Assembly (NCBI GenBank): GCA_038258185.1
Contig: JBBSQD010000006.1
Location: 279-64,278 of the forward strand
Length of the DNA: 64,000 bases
Reading direction: 5' to 3'
Source: Aggregatilineales bacterium
Lineage (GTDB): Bacteria > Chloroflexota > Anaerolineae > Aggregatilineales > Phototrophicaceae
Position numbers and translations under genes: made by a program. This document shows positions 10,386 through 19,943 of this stretch, in pieces. Within the stretch, counting starts at the first letter, position 1, and each line of letters opens with the position of its first letter. The notes beneath the pieces were generated by a model. The model made no database searches. It had not been told where the DNA came from and saw nothing but the letters and a program-made list of their open reading frames with translations.

Positions 10386-10510
10386 TCCTTTAATTTATAT
10401 CAACGTGTATAACATGAAGGTAGCGCAAAGTAGTTATCTCGAAAAGAGGCCAAAGCCAAATGTGCGCCCAATTATTCGGTTGATCACAGAGAATTGGCTA
10501 TAATTAAAGC

Positions 10511-11413
10511 ATGAAAACAATCATTTGCTGTCTCATCATTTTGATTATCGGATCGGCTTGCAGTAGCACAGGTGAGCCGGAAGCGATTGCTGACCTGCCG
10601 ACCGTGGTGGTTTTGCCAACGCTGCTACCCAGTGGAACGCCGACAGAAACTTCGGTTTTCACCGAGACTGCTACCGCGACAGAAACACTGACCCTCACGC
10701 CAACTCTGACGGAAACGGTCACCGTGACACCCAGCGCAACCATCACCGAAACCCCCTCACCAACGGTGACGGATACCGCCACACCCACGCCAGAACCACA
10801 GGCGGTTGGTTCGTTACTGGAACTGGCTATGCAGGCGACGATTTTACCATCCACTTTTCTGCCGCCAACAGTTCCGACTCAATCGCAGCCGGATCTGGTT
10901 TTCCCGACCCAGAATGTCCCCGTGACGTGTACTTATCCGCCGCCGGGTGGCTTCAACACCATTTTCGTCGGCAATCCTGAACTCAGCCAGCAGTTAGGCT
11001 GTCCGCAGGGAACACCACCGCAGCCGCTGGAAATTGTCGGCACGGCCCAGGAGTTTGAAGGCGGCTCGATGATCTGGCTGCAAGGGCCGATTTACGTGCT
11101 GTATAACGATGGCACTTTCCGCCGTTACGAGGATACGTTTGTCGACGGTGTAGACCCGGAAACACTCGGAGAAAATCCACCTGCCGGACGCAGCGAACCC
11201 CGCCGCGGTTTTGGCAAAGTCTGGCATGAGAATCCCGAAGTGCGTCAACGGTTGGGCTGGGCTTTTGCTGAGGAACTGGGCGGCCCGATCACCTATCAAC
11301 GGTTCGACCAGGGCCTGATGATCTATATTTCCCTGCGCACACAGATTCTCTCACTGGCGGAAGATGCCAGCGGCTTCAGCGGCACCTGGCGATCTTTTGT
11401 CGGCAGTTATTAA
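10511..11413 (+). CDS. Lipoprotein with a Thr/Pro/Glu-rich linker and a C-terminal globular domain, function unknown
   Basis: Lipobox-type signal MKTIICCLIILIIGSAC. Low-complexity TETATATETLTLTPTLTETVTVTP lies at about 10600-10810. A hairpin follows (12-bp stem 11423-11434/11441-11452). Confidence 0.7.
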   Translation: MKTIICCLIILIIGSACSSTGEPEAIADLPTVVVLPTLLPSGTPTETSVFTETATATETLTLTPTLTETVTVTPSATITETPSPTVTDTATPTPEPQAVGSLLELAMQATILPSTFLPPTVPTQSQPDLVFPTQNVPVTCTYPPPGGFNTIFVGNPELSQQLGCPQGTPPQPLEIVGTAQEFEGGSMIWLQGPIYVLYNDGTFRRYEDTFVDGVDPETLGENPPAGRSEPRRGFGKVWHENPEVRQRLGWAFAEELGGPITYQRFDQGLMIYISLRTQILSLAEDASGFSGTWRSFVGSY

Positions 11414-11481
11414 TTCAACGAGGAAGGGCTGTGATGTGTGTCACAGCCCTTCGCAATGCGACTTAAACACAGGAAAAATCC

Positions 11482-11763
11482 ATGCAATCCAAAAATCTGC
11501 TTCTGGTTACTTACACGCTGTATCCTCCCGCCCAGGATGAAGAACTGGTCGCCAAACTGGAAAAAGCGGATAGTTATGAACTGGACGAAAGCGCGTGGCT
11601 GATCTCCACGCCGGAGACTGCGGCCTATTGGTACAGTCAACTGGAAAAACTGATCTTTGAAGACGACGAACTGACGGTACTGCGCGTGGATATCCATGAT
11701 GTCGGTGCCGCTGAAGGTCTGAAAGAAGACATTGAACGCTGGTTGAAATCCCACTCTAGCTAA
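11482..11763 (+). CDS. Hypothetical acidic protein (93 aa)
   Basis: ORF with an AGGAAAAA-type upstream purine tract. I recognised no family. Confidence 0.45.
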   Translation: MQSKNLLLVTYTLYPPAQDEELVAKLEKADSYELDESAWLISTPETAAYWYSQLEKLIFEDDELTVLRVDIHDVGAAEGLKEDIERWLKSHSS

Positions 11764-11855
11764 ATACAGGCCGCACTCATAAGCGGCTTAACCAGTTGTG
11801 TTAAGCTCGGGTCACTAAGAACTGAATTGCAAGCAGAACTATAAGGGAGAATACC

Positions 11856-12158
11856 ATGCCACAGGTGACACCTTTAACAGAATCAGAAATTACCGAACAA
11901 CTCAAGCTGTATCCTGAGTGGGAACGCGTGGATAATCACATCACGCGGACATTTAAAGCGGATAGCTATATGGCGGGTCTGGCATTAGCCGCAGCCATCG
12001 GCACCACCTGTGATGTACTCGGTCACCATCCTGACCTGACCATCGGCTGGAAAAAGGTGACCGTCACATTTACCACGCATGATGCAGATAACAAACTGAG
12101 CGCTAAAGATTTTGAGGCTGCACGTAAGGTGAATAACCTGGGCTACAGCCGCGACTAA
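11856..12158 (+). CDS. phhB: 4a-hydroxytetrahydrobiopterin (pterin-4a-carbinolamine) dehydratase
   Basis: PCD/DCoH pattern LGHHPDLTIGWKKVTVTFTTHD. The protein is 100 aa, with GGGAGA upstream of the ATG. Confidence 0.85.
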   Translation: MPQVTPLTESEITEQLKLYPEWERVDNHITRTFKADSYMAGLALAAAIGTTCDVLGHHPDLTIGWKKVTVTFTTHDADNKLSAKDFEAARKVNNLGYSRD

Positions 12159-12163
12159 GCCGC

Positions 12164-12505
12164 ATGAAATGGCTGGTGAGAATTTTCGGCTGGCCACATG
12201 AACTGCTGCACGTATTTGCGCTGCTGCTCATTGGCCGCCGTCCGCAGGTCATCGCACAGACCTATGTGGATATTCCCGCTGATTTATCGACCGGACAGTA
12301 TATTTTCGTCGCGGGTTTTCCGGCTTTTATATTTGGCCTGAGTACACTCATTTGTCTGGTAGCCCTGCTGGATGCGCCGGATGTGATGCAGTTTGTGTTC
12401 CGCTTGTTTTTAATGAGTATTTTTTCGGTCGCGACTTTCGGCACGATGGGTGATCTGTACCTGATTGTTCAACGCCTGAACGAGCCACCGACACACAAAA
12501 ATTAG
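12164..12505 (+). CDS. Small membrane protein with an HExxH motif (DUF3267-like putative zincin)
   Basis: WPHELLHVFALLLIG carries HExxH at the start of a helix, and two further hydrophobic helices follow. Confidence 0.5.
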   Translation: MKWLVRIFGWPHELLHVFALLLIGRRPQVIAQTYVDIPADLSTGQYIFVAGFPAFIFGLSTLICLVALLDAPDVMQFVFRLFLMSIFSVATFGTMGDLYLIVQRLNEPPTHKN

Positions 12506-12514
12506 GATTACTCG

Positions 12515-13600
12515 GTGACAAAAATCAAAACCTTGCTCTTGCTGATAGTGTGTACAAATATTTTTGTGAACATCCCTATACGGGCTCAGGAACAAGTGAT
12601 TATCGATCAACCGTTACATGAACTGATCATTGATTCTAACATTACAGATATTGAGTGGCACATTAATGGTCGCACTCTTGGGGTAGCAACATCGGATGGT
12701 TTCAGAATCTACAGTGGGGATATGCAATTAATTACCGACATAAGTACGGGGCACAGCGTTCAGGCTTTTAGCTGGAATCCAGATGGCAATTTATTTGCTA
12801 CTACCCAGGAAGATTTCATTGAAATTTGGGCTTGGGGCGAAAATACTGAGCTGGCGAGTAAGTCAGTTACACTTGAAAGTGATGGCTTGCAAATGGCGTT
12901 GGATTGGAACACTGACGGGAGTATTCTAGCTTCGATTGCTCTAAATTTCCCTCAGTCAGTTTTTATGTCTCAAACTTCAAGTATTGGAAATATTCAATTC
13001 TGGAACACCACTACATGGACTTTACAAAGCCAGTCCACTGATTATTATCTTATCGACCTTCATTATTCGACCACACATTTAATTGACTGGCATCCTACAG
13101 ATAGCAAAAGTTTAGTTGCAATAGGTAACTCCGTTGAACTTGAAGATAATCAGTTTAAATTCACTTCGAATTTAATCGCTTACGTGCTTAACGCTGATAC
13201 GGGAGATCAAATCCAAGCAGTGACTTTAAAATCACCTTTGGCTTATTCGGTGTCATGGCATCCGGATAACGACATGATAGCTGTCGGAAGCGAACCAGGA
13301 ACTATATTATACGATATGGTCAACAGAGAAGAGATAAGTGCTTTAGGTAGTTACTCATTTGATATTGAAGCCCTCAGTTGGCATCCCGATGGGAATTATT
13401 TGCTTTCTGAGTCGGACATGATTGACATAAGATCAAGCTCTGTAATTGGCGCATTCCAAACGGTAGGTAAAATAAGCGACGTACAATGGAATCCTGATGG
13501 AGTTCGGATAGCCATTGGATATCAGAATGGAACAATAAGAATTGAAGATGCGACCTTACTCCCTGACTTTCATATACTCACAGCATTACCAACAGACTAG
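12515..13600 (+). CDS. Secreted WD40-like seven-bladed beta-propeller protein
   Basis: Signal-like N-terminus MTKIKTLLLLIVCTNIFVNIPIRAQE. About seven repeats of the W-x-P/H-D-G type are present (WHINGRTLG, SWNPDGNL, DWNTDGSI, DWHPTDSK, SWHPDNDM, SWHPDGNY, QWNPDGVR). The gene is visibly AT-rich. Confidence 0.75.
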   Translation: MTKIKTLLLLIVCTNIFVNIPIRAQEQVIIDQPLHELIIDSNITDIEWHINGRTLGVATSDGFRIYSGDMQLITDISTGHSVQAFSWNPDGNLFATTQEDFIEIWAWGENTELASKSVTLESDGLQMALDWNTDGSILASIALNFPQSVFMSQTSSIGNIQFWNTTTWTLQSQSTDYYLIDLHYSTTHLIDWHPTDSKSLVAIGNSVELEDNQFKFTSNLIAYVLNADTGDQIQAVTLKSPLAYSVSWHPDNDMIAVGSEPGTILYDMVNREEISALGSYSFDIEALSWHPDGNYLLSESDMIDIRSSSVIGAFQTVGKISDVQWNPDGVRIAIGYQNGTIRIEDATLLPDFHILTALPTD

Positions 13601-13611
13601 GTAAAAGTTTT

Positions 13612-14664
13612 ATGTCTCAGATCAACCGTGTCCGTTTGGGAATTATTAGTTTTGCACACGGTCATATTCACACCTATATCGACACAATAAAAGATTTTGC
13701 TGATGCGACCATCGTCGCTGCCTGGGATGAAGATGCGGACAGCGGACGCGCTCACTGTGCCAAATATGGCATCGACTTCGAGCCACACCTGGATGCGCTA
13801 TTGGCACGGGCAGATATTGACGCAGTCTTTATCACCAGCCCAACCAACCGCCATGCCGAACATACCATTGCGGCGGCGCAGGCTGGAAAACATATCCTGC
13901 TGCAAAAACCGATGGCACTGACTCTGGAGGATTGTGATGCCATGATTGCCGCGATAGCACAGGCCGGAGTAAAGTTCAGCCTGTGCTATCAGATGCGGGC
14001 TGACCCGGTCAATCAGCACCTCAAAGCGCTGCTGGATGCGGGTACAGTCGGCAAAATCGCGGTGGTGCGACGTCGGCACAGCATCAATGCCCTGTTGAAC
14101 GCCAACTTTGCACAACCATCAAACTGGCACATCGACCCGGTGCAGAATATGGGCATGTTCATGGATGACGCCTCACACGCGGCGGACTGGTTCTACTGGA
14201 TGCTGGGCAAACCCACCAGCGTGATCGCTGAAATTGATAATGTCGTGACCACAGCCGCAGCGGATGATAACGGCGTGGCGGTCTATCGGTTTGGACAGGG
14301 TGAAATGGGGATTCTGTTTAATAGTTCCACCACACTTGCAGCCGAAGCCACCACCGAAATTTACGGCGACAAAGGCACGATTGTCCACAATTATGGCGAT
14401 GGCCCCTCATCTGGTATTCCACGGCCAGCGGGTGGCGTGACCGTGAAAATTTTCCGTGAGGGCGCTGCCGAATGGGAATATCAGGATTTCCCGCACATCA
14501 CGCAACGTGAACGTATTGGCGGCGTACCCCGCGCAGTCATTGACTATCTGCAGGGGAAAGCCCCAGCATTAGCCACCGCTGACGAAGGCCGTATCTGTAT
14601 CGAGATGATTCTCGGCGCATATGAGTCATCGCGTGAGGGTCGAAGAGTAAAGTTTAATCAATAG
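13612..14664 (+). CDS. Gfo/Idh/MocA family NAD(P)-dependent oxidoreductase
   Basis: N-terminal Rossmann segment VRLGIISFAHGH, the EKP-like motif LLQKPMALT, and a size of 350 aa. Confidence 0.85.
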   Translation: MSQINRVRLGIISFAHGHIHTYIDTIKDFADATIVAAWDEDADSGRAHCAKYGIDFEPHLDALLARADIDAVFITSPTNRHAEHTIAAAQAGKHILLQKPMALTLEDCDAMIAAIAQAGVKFSLCYQMRADPVNQHLKALLDAGTVGKIAVVRRRHSINALLNANFAQPSNWHIDPVQNMGMFMDDASHAADWFYWMLGKPTSVIAEIDNVVTTAAADDNGVAVYRFGQGEMGILFNSSTTLAAEATTEIYGDKGTIVHNYGDGPSSGIPRPAGGVTVKIFREGAAEWEYQDFPHITQRERIGGVPRAVIDYLQGKAPALATADEGRICIEMILGAYESSREGRRVKFNQ

Positions 14665-14673
14665 GAGAGAGTT

Positions 14674-15375
14674 ATGGAACGCATTTTAATCACCGGAGCT
14701 AATCGCGGCATCGGTTTGGAACTGGCACGTCAATACAGTGAGCGCGAAAATACCCACGTCTTTGCCACCACGCGCAATCCGGAATCTGCCGACGAACTTC
14801 AGGCACTGGCGAAATCCCGGCCTGAGCGCCTGACGATTGTCCCGTTGGATGTCACCGATGAAGCCAGTATTCAAGCCGTAGTGGCCACGGTTAAAAAACA
14901 GGTCAATGCGCTGGATGTGCTGATTAACAACGCCGCCATCAATGTGTCCGAGGGCACCAGCGATCTGTCCGCGTTGGATGCCGAGCAGATCATGCAGGTG
15001 CTGCGGGTAAATGTCGTCGCGCCGGTATTAGTCGCCAGCGCCTTTACGGATTTACTCAAAGCCGGGGATCGGCCTCGTCTGATCAATATTTCGTCCGGTG
15101 CAGGGTCAATGACATTCCGCAAAAGTGGCGGTTCCTATGCTTATTCCACCAGCAAGGCCGGTGTCAATATGATGACGCGCAACCTCGCTTTCGACCTTCA
15201 GCCGGTGATTTGCATCGCGCTCGATCCGGGTTGGGTCAGGACGGATATGGGCGGCCCTGATGCACATTTGGCACCCCACGAATCCATTAATGGTATTTTA
15301 CAGGTGGTCGACCAGCTCTCGGCTGAGGATAATGGAAGCTATCGCAACTACAAAGGTGAGACGCTGCCCTGGTAG
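14674..15375 (+). CDS. Short-chain dehydrogenase/reductase (SDR)
   Basis: ITGANRGIG cofactor motif, NNAA, and catalytic YSTSK. Confidence 0.9.
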   Translation: MERILITGANRGIGLELARQYSERENTHVFATTRNPESADELQALAKSRPERLTIVPLDVTDEASIQAVVATVKKQVNALDVLINNAAINVSEGTSDLSALDAEQIMQVLRVNVVAPVLVASAFTDLLKAGDRPRLINISSGAGSMTFRKSGGSYAYSTSKAGVNMMTRNLAFDLQPVICIALDPGWVRTDMGGPDAHLAPHESINGILQVVDQLSAEDNGSYRNYKGETLPW

Positions 15376-15391
15376 CGGAAAGGTCATAGGG

Positions 15392-15778
15392 GTGAACCAC
15401 AAGGAAGACGGCGAAAAGTACCTGGCGGATAACGCAAAATATGATGATGTCCATGTGACTGACAGCGGCCTGCAATATATCATCCGCAAGCAGGGCGACG
15501 GCCCCAAACCCGGCCCAACGGATCATGTCGAAGTCAATTATCACGGCACGTTTATCAACAATAAGGCTTTCGACAGCACCTACAGCGATGATCCGGTGAT
15601 TTTAGACATGGATGATGTGATTGATGGCTGGCAGGAAGGTCTGCAACTGATGCCGGTGGGGTCGGTCTATAAATTTTATATACCCTACGAACTGGCTTAT
15701 GGCGAAGAAGGCCTGGAAGACGAGATTCCCCCTTACGCCATGCTGATTTTTGAGGTTGAATTACTGGCTATCCAATAA
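15392..15778 (+). CDS. FKBP-type peptidyl-prolyl cis-trans isomerase (short form)
   Basis: FKBP core GLQYIIRKQGDGPKPGPTDHVEVNYHGTFINNKAFDSTY...VIDGWQEGLQLMPVGSVYKFYIPYELAYG. I place the start at the in-frame GTG at 15392, just after the SDR stop. The start is uncertain. Confidence 0.75.
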   Translation: MNHKEDGEKYLADNAKYDDVHVTDSGLQYIIRKQGDGPKPGPTDHVEVNYHGTFINNKAFDSTYSDDPVILDMDDVIDGWQEGLQLMPVGSVYKFYIPYELAYGEEGLEDEIPPYAMLIFEVELLAIQ

Positions 15779-15800
15779 AGATCAGGGAAGAGGTCTGATA

Positions 15801-17072
15801 ATGCGATTTCTGGCACGCTTACTGGGTTTAACTTCGTTGCTGGCGGCGGGCTTAATTTATCTGCGGATTACATCTATGCGCACGGCGGTTCTGTGGCCGT
15901 TGAAGGTCGTTGCGACAGGTGCAGCATCCGTGGCTGCTCTTCTGGGCGGCATTGCTGCCCTGTTAGGCTGGCGGAATCGGGATGGTCAGGCGGTGGTAAT
16001 AGGCGCAGTCGGCGCGGCTATGACCACGTACTATATCGCCAAAGTCACCACGGAAACCGATAGTTATGATGAGGCTTTTGGCGATGACTGGCGCGCACGT
16101 ATCCCGGTGCTGCGCCGTCGTTACATGCTGCCGCACCGCCTGTCTGCCCGAATGCCAACCACCCACGACCCGCGTGTTGAGTTCGATGTGCCTTACTATA
16201 CACCGGACAAAAACGAGCCGCGCACCCTTCGTTGTGATGTCTGGCAGCCCCCGTGGGATGTACGCCCCAGCGGGTTGACCTATGTCTATACACATGGTGG
16301 CGGCTGGCATTACGGTTATAAAGACTTTAACACCCGCCCCTTGTTTCGCCATTTAGCCGCACAGGGACATGTGGTGGTGGACATTGATTATCGCCTCGCG
16401 CCGGAAGTCCAGCTTGAAACCATGCTGGCGGATATTAAACGCGCCATCATCTGGGTCAAAGCCCATAGTGAGAAATATGACATCAACCCGGAGCGCATCG
16501 TTCTCGCGGGTGGTTCTTCCGGCGCACATATCGCTTTGCTGGCCGCTTATACCGCTAATCAGGCGCCATTTGAACCGGATGATATGAAAGGTGATACCTC
16601 TGTGCGGGCGGTGGTCGCTTTCTACCCACCCGTGGATATTTACGCGTTGTATCAATATGGTGCCAGCGTCTACGATGACCGCTATCCCGGCAAAGATTTG
16701 CTGGTGTATATGCTCAAGCAGATAGGCCTGCTGCGGCCTGAAGAAATGTTCATCACCCCGCCTAACCTGATGTCTGGCTTGCTGGGTGGCACGCCAGATG
16801 ATGTGCCGGAGCGTTACGCACAGGCATCACCGCTGGCCTATGTGGGGGATCATTGCCCGCCGACACTGCTTTTACATGGGCAGGATGATAGTCTGGTCGG
16901 TGTGCATCACTCGCGCATCCTGCGCAATGCGCTGCAGGCCAACGGAGTGGATGTCGCACTGGTCGAATACGCATTGACCGATCATGGCTTTGATCTGGCT
17001 TCACCGGATATCTCGCCCTCAGCCCAGGCGGCCTTTTATGACCTTGAGCGCTTTCTCGCTTTGATGGAGTGA
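15801..17072 (+). CDS. Membrane-anchored alpha/beta hydrolase (esterase/lipase, HGGG type)
   Basis: Three N-terminal hydrophobic helices, then the oxyanion motif THGGGW and the nucleophile elbow LAGGSSGAH. C-terminal LLLHGQDD and DHGF follow. Confidence 0.8.
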   Translation: MRFLARLLGLTSLLAAGLIYLRITSMRTAVLWPLKVVATGAASVAALLGGIAALLGWRNRDGQAVVIGAVGAAMTTYYIAKVTTETDSYDEAFGDDWRARIPVLRRRYMLPHRLSARMPTTHDPRVEFDVPYYTPDKNEPRTLRCDVWQPPWDVRPSGLTYVYTHGGGWHYGYKDFNTRPLFRHLAAQGHVVVDIDYRLAPEVQLETMLADIKRAIIWVKAHSEKYDINPERIVLAGGSSGAHIALLAAYTANQAPFEPDDMKGDTSVRAVVAFYPPVDIYALYQYGASVYDDRYPGKDLLVYMLKQIGLLRPEEMFITPPNLMSGLLGGTPDDVPERYAQASPLAYVGDHCPPTLLLHGQDDSLVGVHHSRILRNALQANGVDVALVEYALTDHGFDLASPDISPSAQAAFYDLERFLALME

Positions 17073-17221
17073 GCCTGCCTGTAACGGCCTGCTCTGGACT
17101 TAAAAAACGCTTTCACGATCGTCTACAATAACCTACTGTAGGCGATCATTTTGTTTTAACCATGATCCCCCAATCTATCATGCTTATCCCCGATTTTATC
17201 TAATCGAGTCTGAGGTGCTGA

Positions 17222-18163
17222 ATGCCAGAGTCAACAGCGTTTCGCTGGCGTATTATTTTATCGTTTCTGGTTCTCTATATCGTATGGGGTTCCACGTATA
17301 TCTCCATGCAGATGGCCGTATCCACCATTCCGCCCTTTGTCATGGGCGCAGGCCGCTTTCTCATCGCCGGAGTCATCCTCATAAGCTGGGCGCTGCTGCG
17401 CGGAGTCCCCAGGCCAACCCTGGAAAACTGGTGTGCAGCGAGCATCAGCGGCGGTTTAATGTTTCTGGTGGCGACGGGTGGTGTGGCGTGGGCAGTTCAG
17501 TATGTCCCTTCCAGTATCGCGGCGTTGATGTCCGCGATGGTGCCGCTGTGGATGGTCGTCCTCAATTGGCTGTTCGTGTCACACATCCGGCCCAATCCGC
17601 TGGTTTTTATCGGGCTGGCACTGGGTTTTGGCGGCATCGTCATGCTGGTGAACCCTACCCAGGCTGACACCAGTCAAGCGTTATATCTGCCTGCGCTGGC
17701 GGTTCTGACGATCACCCCGCTGGCGTGGTCCGTGGGATCATTGTATTCGCTCCGCAGCAGCCTGCCAGAATCGCCGCGGATGACCACCGGTATGCAGCTT
17801 TTCAGTGGTGGACTTATGACCATCGTACTGGCACTGGCTACAGGCGATTTTGAAGGTTTCAGCCTCAGTCAGGTAAGCCTGCAATCTATTTTCAGCTTCT
17901 GGTATCTCATCATCGTCAGCTCGGTGATTACGTTTATGGCCTATGTCTGGCTTATCCGCGTGGTAAACCCGGCGCGAGTGGCAACTTATGCCTTTGTGAA
18001 TCCGGTCATCGCGTTTTTCCTGGGTGTGGTTCTGGCCGATGAACCCTTCACCGGGCGAACTGGTCTGGCAGCGGTGATCATTCTGGCTGGCGTGGTAATT
18101 ATCACGCTCTACAGTCACAAGCGAGTGCCCCTCCCCGAAAAGGAAATCCCCGTCGTACCGTAA
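17222..18163 (+). CDS. EamA/DMT-family transporter
   Basis: About ten hydrophobic helices arranged as two EamA-like halves. The N-terminus LVLYIVWGSTYISMQ is typical of the family. Confidence 0.8.
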   Translation: MPESTAFRWRIILSFLVLYIVWGSTYISMQMAVSTIPPFVMGAGRFLIAGVILISWALLRGVPRPTLENWCAASISGGLMFLVATGGVAWAVQYVPSSIAALMSAMVPLWMVVLNWLFVSHIRPNPLVFIGLALGFGGIVMLVNPTQADTSQALYLPALAVLTITPLAWSVGSLYSLRSSLPESPRMTTGMQLFSGGLMTIVLALATGDFEGFSLSQVSLQSIFSFWYLIIVSSVITFMAYVWLIRVVNPARVATYAFVNPVIAFFLGVVLADEPFTGRTGLAAVIILAGVVIITLYSHKRVPLPEKEIPVVP

Positions 18164-18272
18164 AATTTACAACAAACTGGTTCTAGCGGTGGATGCGTGG
18201 TCACTCTCTACGGGTTATAGTCGGGCTGATTTCAGACTCGATGTTTATAATCTATAGGGAGTGATTTTTGAA

Positions 18273-19583
18273 ATGCAGAAACGTAAAATAGTTTTTTTCT
18301 TATTGATATTCACTTTATTGAGTGGGGTTGCTGTGGCACAGGACAATTTTATTGCGCGTTTACGGCCTGACGCACCGGAGTTGGCCGCTTTGGGCGATTA
18401 TCAGATCGGTGTACGCACGCTTGAGCTTGTGAATCCCGGCCAACTGAATATTGCTGCCGCCCGTTCCGGCCAAGAAGCACCCGTTTATGACCGTCCACTG
18501 ACGGTTGAAGTCTGGTATCCGGCCACACTGGCTGAAGGCATCGAGCAGGGTGGAGAATATCAGGTGGTCACCCGCGACCCGGAGATTACCGCCACACTGA
18601 CCGGAATTGCAGTACGTGATGCCGACCCTAACACCGCCGAGGGCCCTTATCCGCTGATCGTGATCTCACACGGTTATCCGGGTAATCGCTTTCTGCTAAG
18701 TCACCTGGGCGAAAATCTGGCAACAAAAGGTTATGTGGTCGTCTCAATTGACCATACCGACAGTACCTACAGCGATCAGGGTGCCTTTGCCAGCACACTC
18801 TATAACCGCCCGATTGATCAGCATTTTGTGATTGATACCGTCACCGAACTAAACAGCGACAGCAGCAGTTTTCTGAGCGGCATCGTGGACACCGAGAATA
18901 TCGGCATTATTGGGTATTCGATGGGTGGCTATGGCGCGGTGATTGCCGTGGGTGGTTCCGTCAGCGATGCCAGCACGCGCTTTAATTATGGACCGCCCAA
19001 TGGCTTGCTGGCTAACCATCAGTCGGATAGTGAAGCGTATCAGGCTATGCTCGACCCGCGTGTGAAAGCCGTGGTTGCGTTTGCGCCCTGGGGCATGAAT
19101 GCCGGTTTCTGGGATGCGGCTGGATTGGCAGGGATCGAAACGCCGATGTTTTTTGTGGCGGGCAGCAAAGATGATGTGAGCGGTTACGAAAATGGCACCC
19201 GCGCGATTTTTGAAAATGTCGTCAATACAGATCGTTACTTGCTCACTTTCGCCAATGCTAATCACAATGCTGGCGCGCCAATCCCGCCACCCGTGGAGAT
19301 CAGCAGTGCGGAGAATATGGACGCTTACATGCATTACGTGGATGTGGTGTGGGATAACACGCGCATGAATAACATCTCACAGCATTTCGTGACGGCATTC
19401 ATGGGCATGCACCTCAAAGGTGAGGATTTTGGCGACTACCTTGATCTCGTGCCAGACGCATCTGAGGGTGTGTGGTCGGTCAATGACGCGGGAAACTTCA
19501 GGGATGATCACACTTACTGGAAAGGTTTCGGCAATCGTACCGCGCTGGGGTTGTCGCTGGAGTTTCTGCCAGAAGGCGAATAA
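18273..19583 (+). CDS. Secreted alpha/beta hydrolase (PAF-acetylhydrolase / dienelactone-hydrolase-like)
   Basis: Signal peptide MQKRKIVFFLLIFTLLSGVAVAQD, then PLIVISHGYPG and the nucleophile elbow GYSMGGYG. Confidence 0.75.
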   Translation: MQKRKIVFFLLIFTLLSGVAVAQDNFIARLRPDAPELAALGDYQIGVRTLELVNPGQLNIAAARSGQEAPVYDRPLTVEVWYPATLAEGIEQGGEYQVVTRDPEITATLTGIAVRDADPNTAEGPYPLIVISHGYPGNRFLLSHLGENLATKGYVVVSIDHTDSTYSDQGAFASTLYNRPIDQHFVIDTVTELNSDSSSFLSGIVDTENIGIIGYSMGGYGAVIAVGGSVSDASTRFNYGPPNGLLANHQSDSEAYQAMLDPRVKAVVAFAPWGMNAGFWDAAGLAGIETPMFFVAGSKDDVSGYENGTRAIFENVVNTDRYLLTFANANHNAGAPIPPPVEISSAENMDAYMHYVDVVWDNTRMNNISQHFVTAFMGMHLKGEDFGDYLDLVPDASEGVWSVNDAGNFRDDHTYWKGFGNRTALGLSLEFLPEGE

Positions 19584-19634
19584 TTTTTACCCCTGCATAA
19601 ATAACGTGAGGTAAGCGAACTACGAGCTGAACAC

Positions 19635-19889
19635 ATGAGATGGCAACAGAACCAAGATAACCCAAAGTTTGCACAAAGATACGCTTGGTTGTATTTAGAA
19701 GGCGTAAATGACCTTTATATCACTGACCATGCAGTTCAGGTGCCAGAAATAATACTTATAAGAGGTGTTGGTGTATTGCCGGACTTGCTGCATGAGGAAA
19801 TGTGTGCCAGCAGTGAGGAAGAGGTTTGGTCACTAAATTCGGTGATCTCAGACTCCTATTTCAGATTTCCTGAAGAAATGTGGCCTTAG
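19635..19889 (+). CDS. Hypothetical protein (84 aa) in an AT-rich islet
   Basis: ORF only, with no recognised motif. AT-rich context. Confidence 0.35.
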   Translation: MRWQQNQDNPKFAQRYAWLYLEGVNDLYITDHAVQVPEIILIRGVGVLPDLLHEEMCASSEEEVWSLNSVISDSYFRFPEEMWP

Positions 19890-19943
19890 AATAACAGAGA
19901 GTTGCCTGAAGTATAGTTGCTTCCCGCAACGAACCAAACAAAG

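Noticed and set aside
10600-10810. Repetitive-looking ACN/GAN-rich DNA that might be taken for a tandem repeat or array.
   Set aside because: It is the in-frame Thr/Glu/Pro-rich low-complexity linker of the lipoprotein gene. There is no fixed period and no spacer structure.
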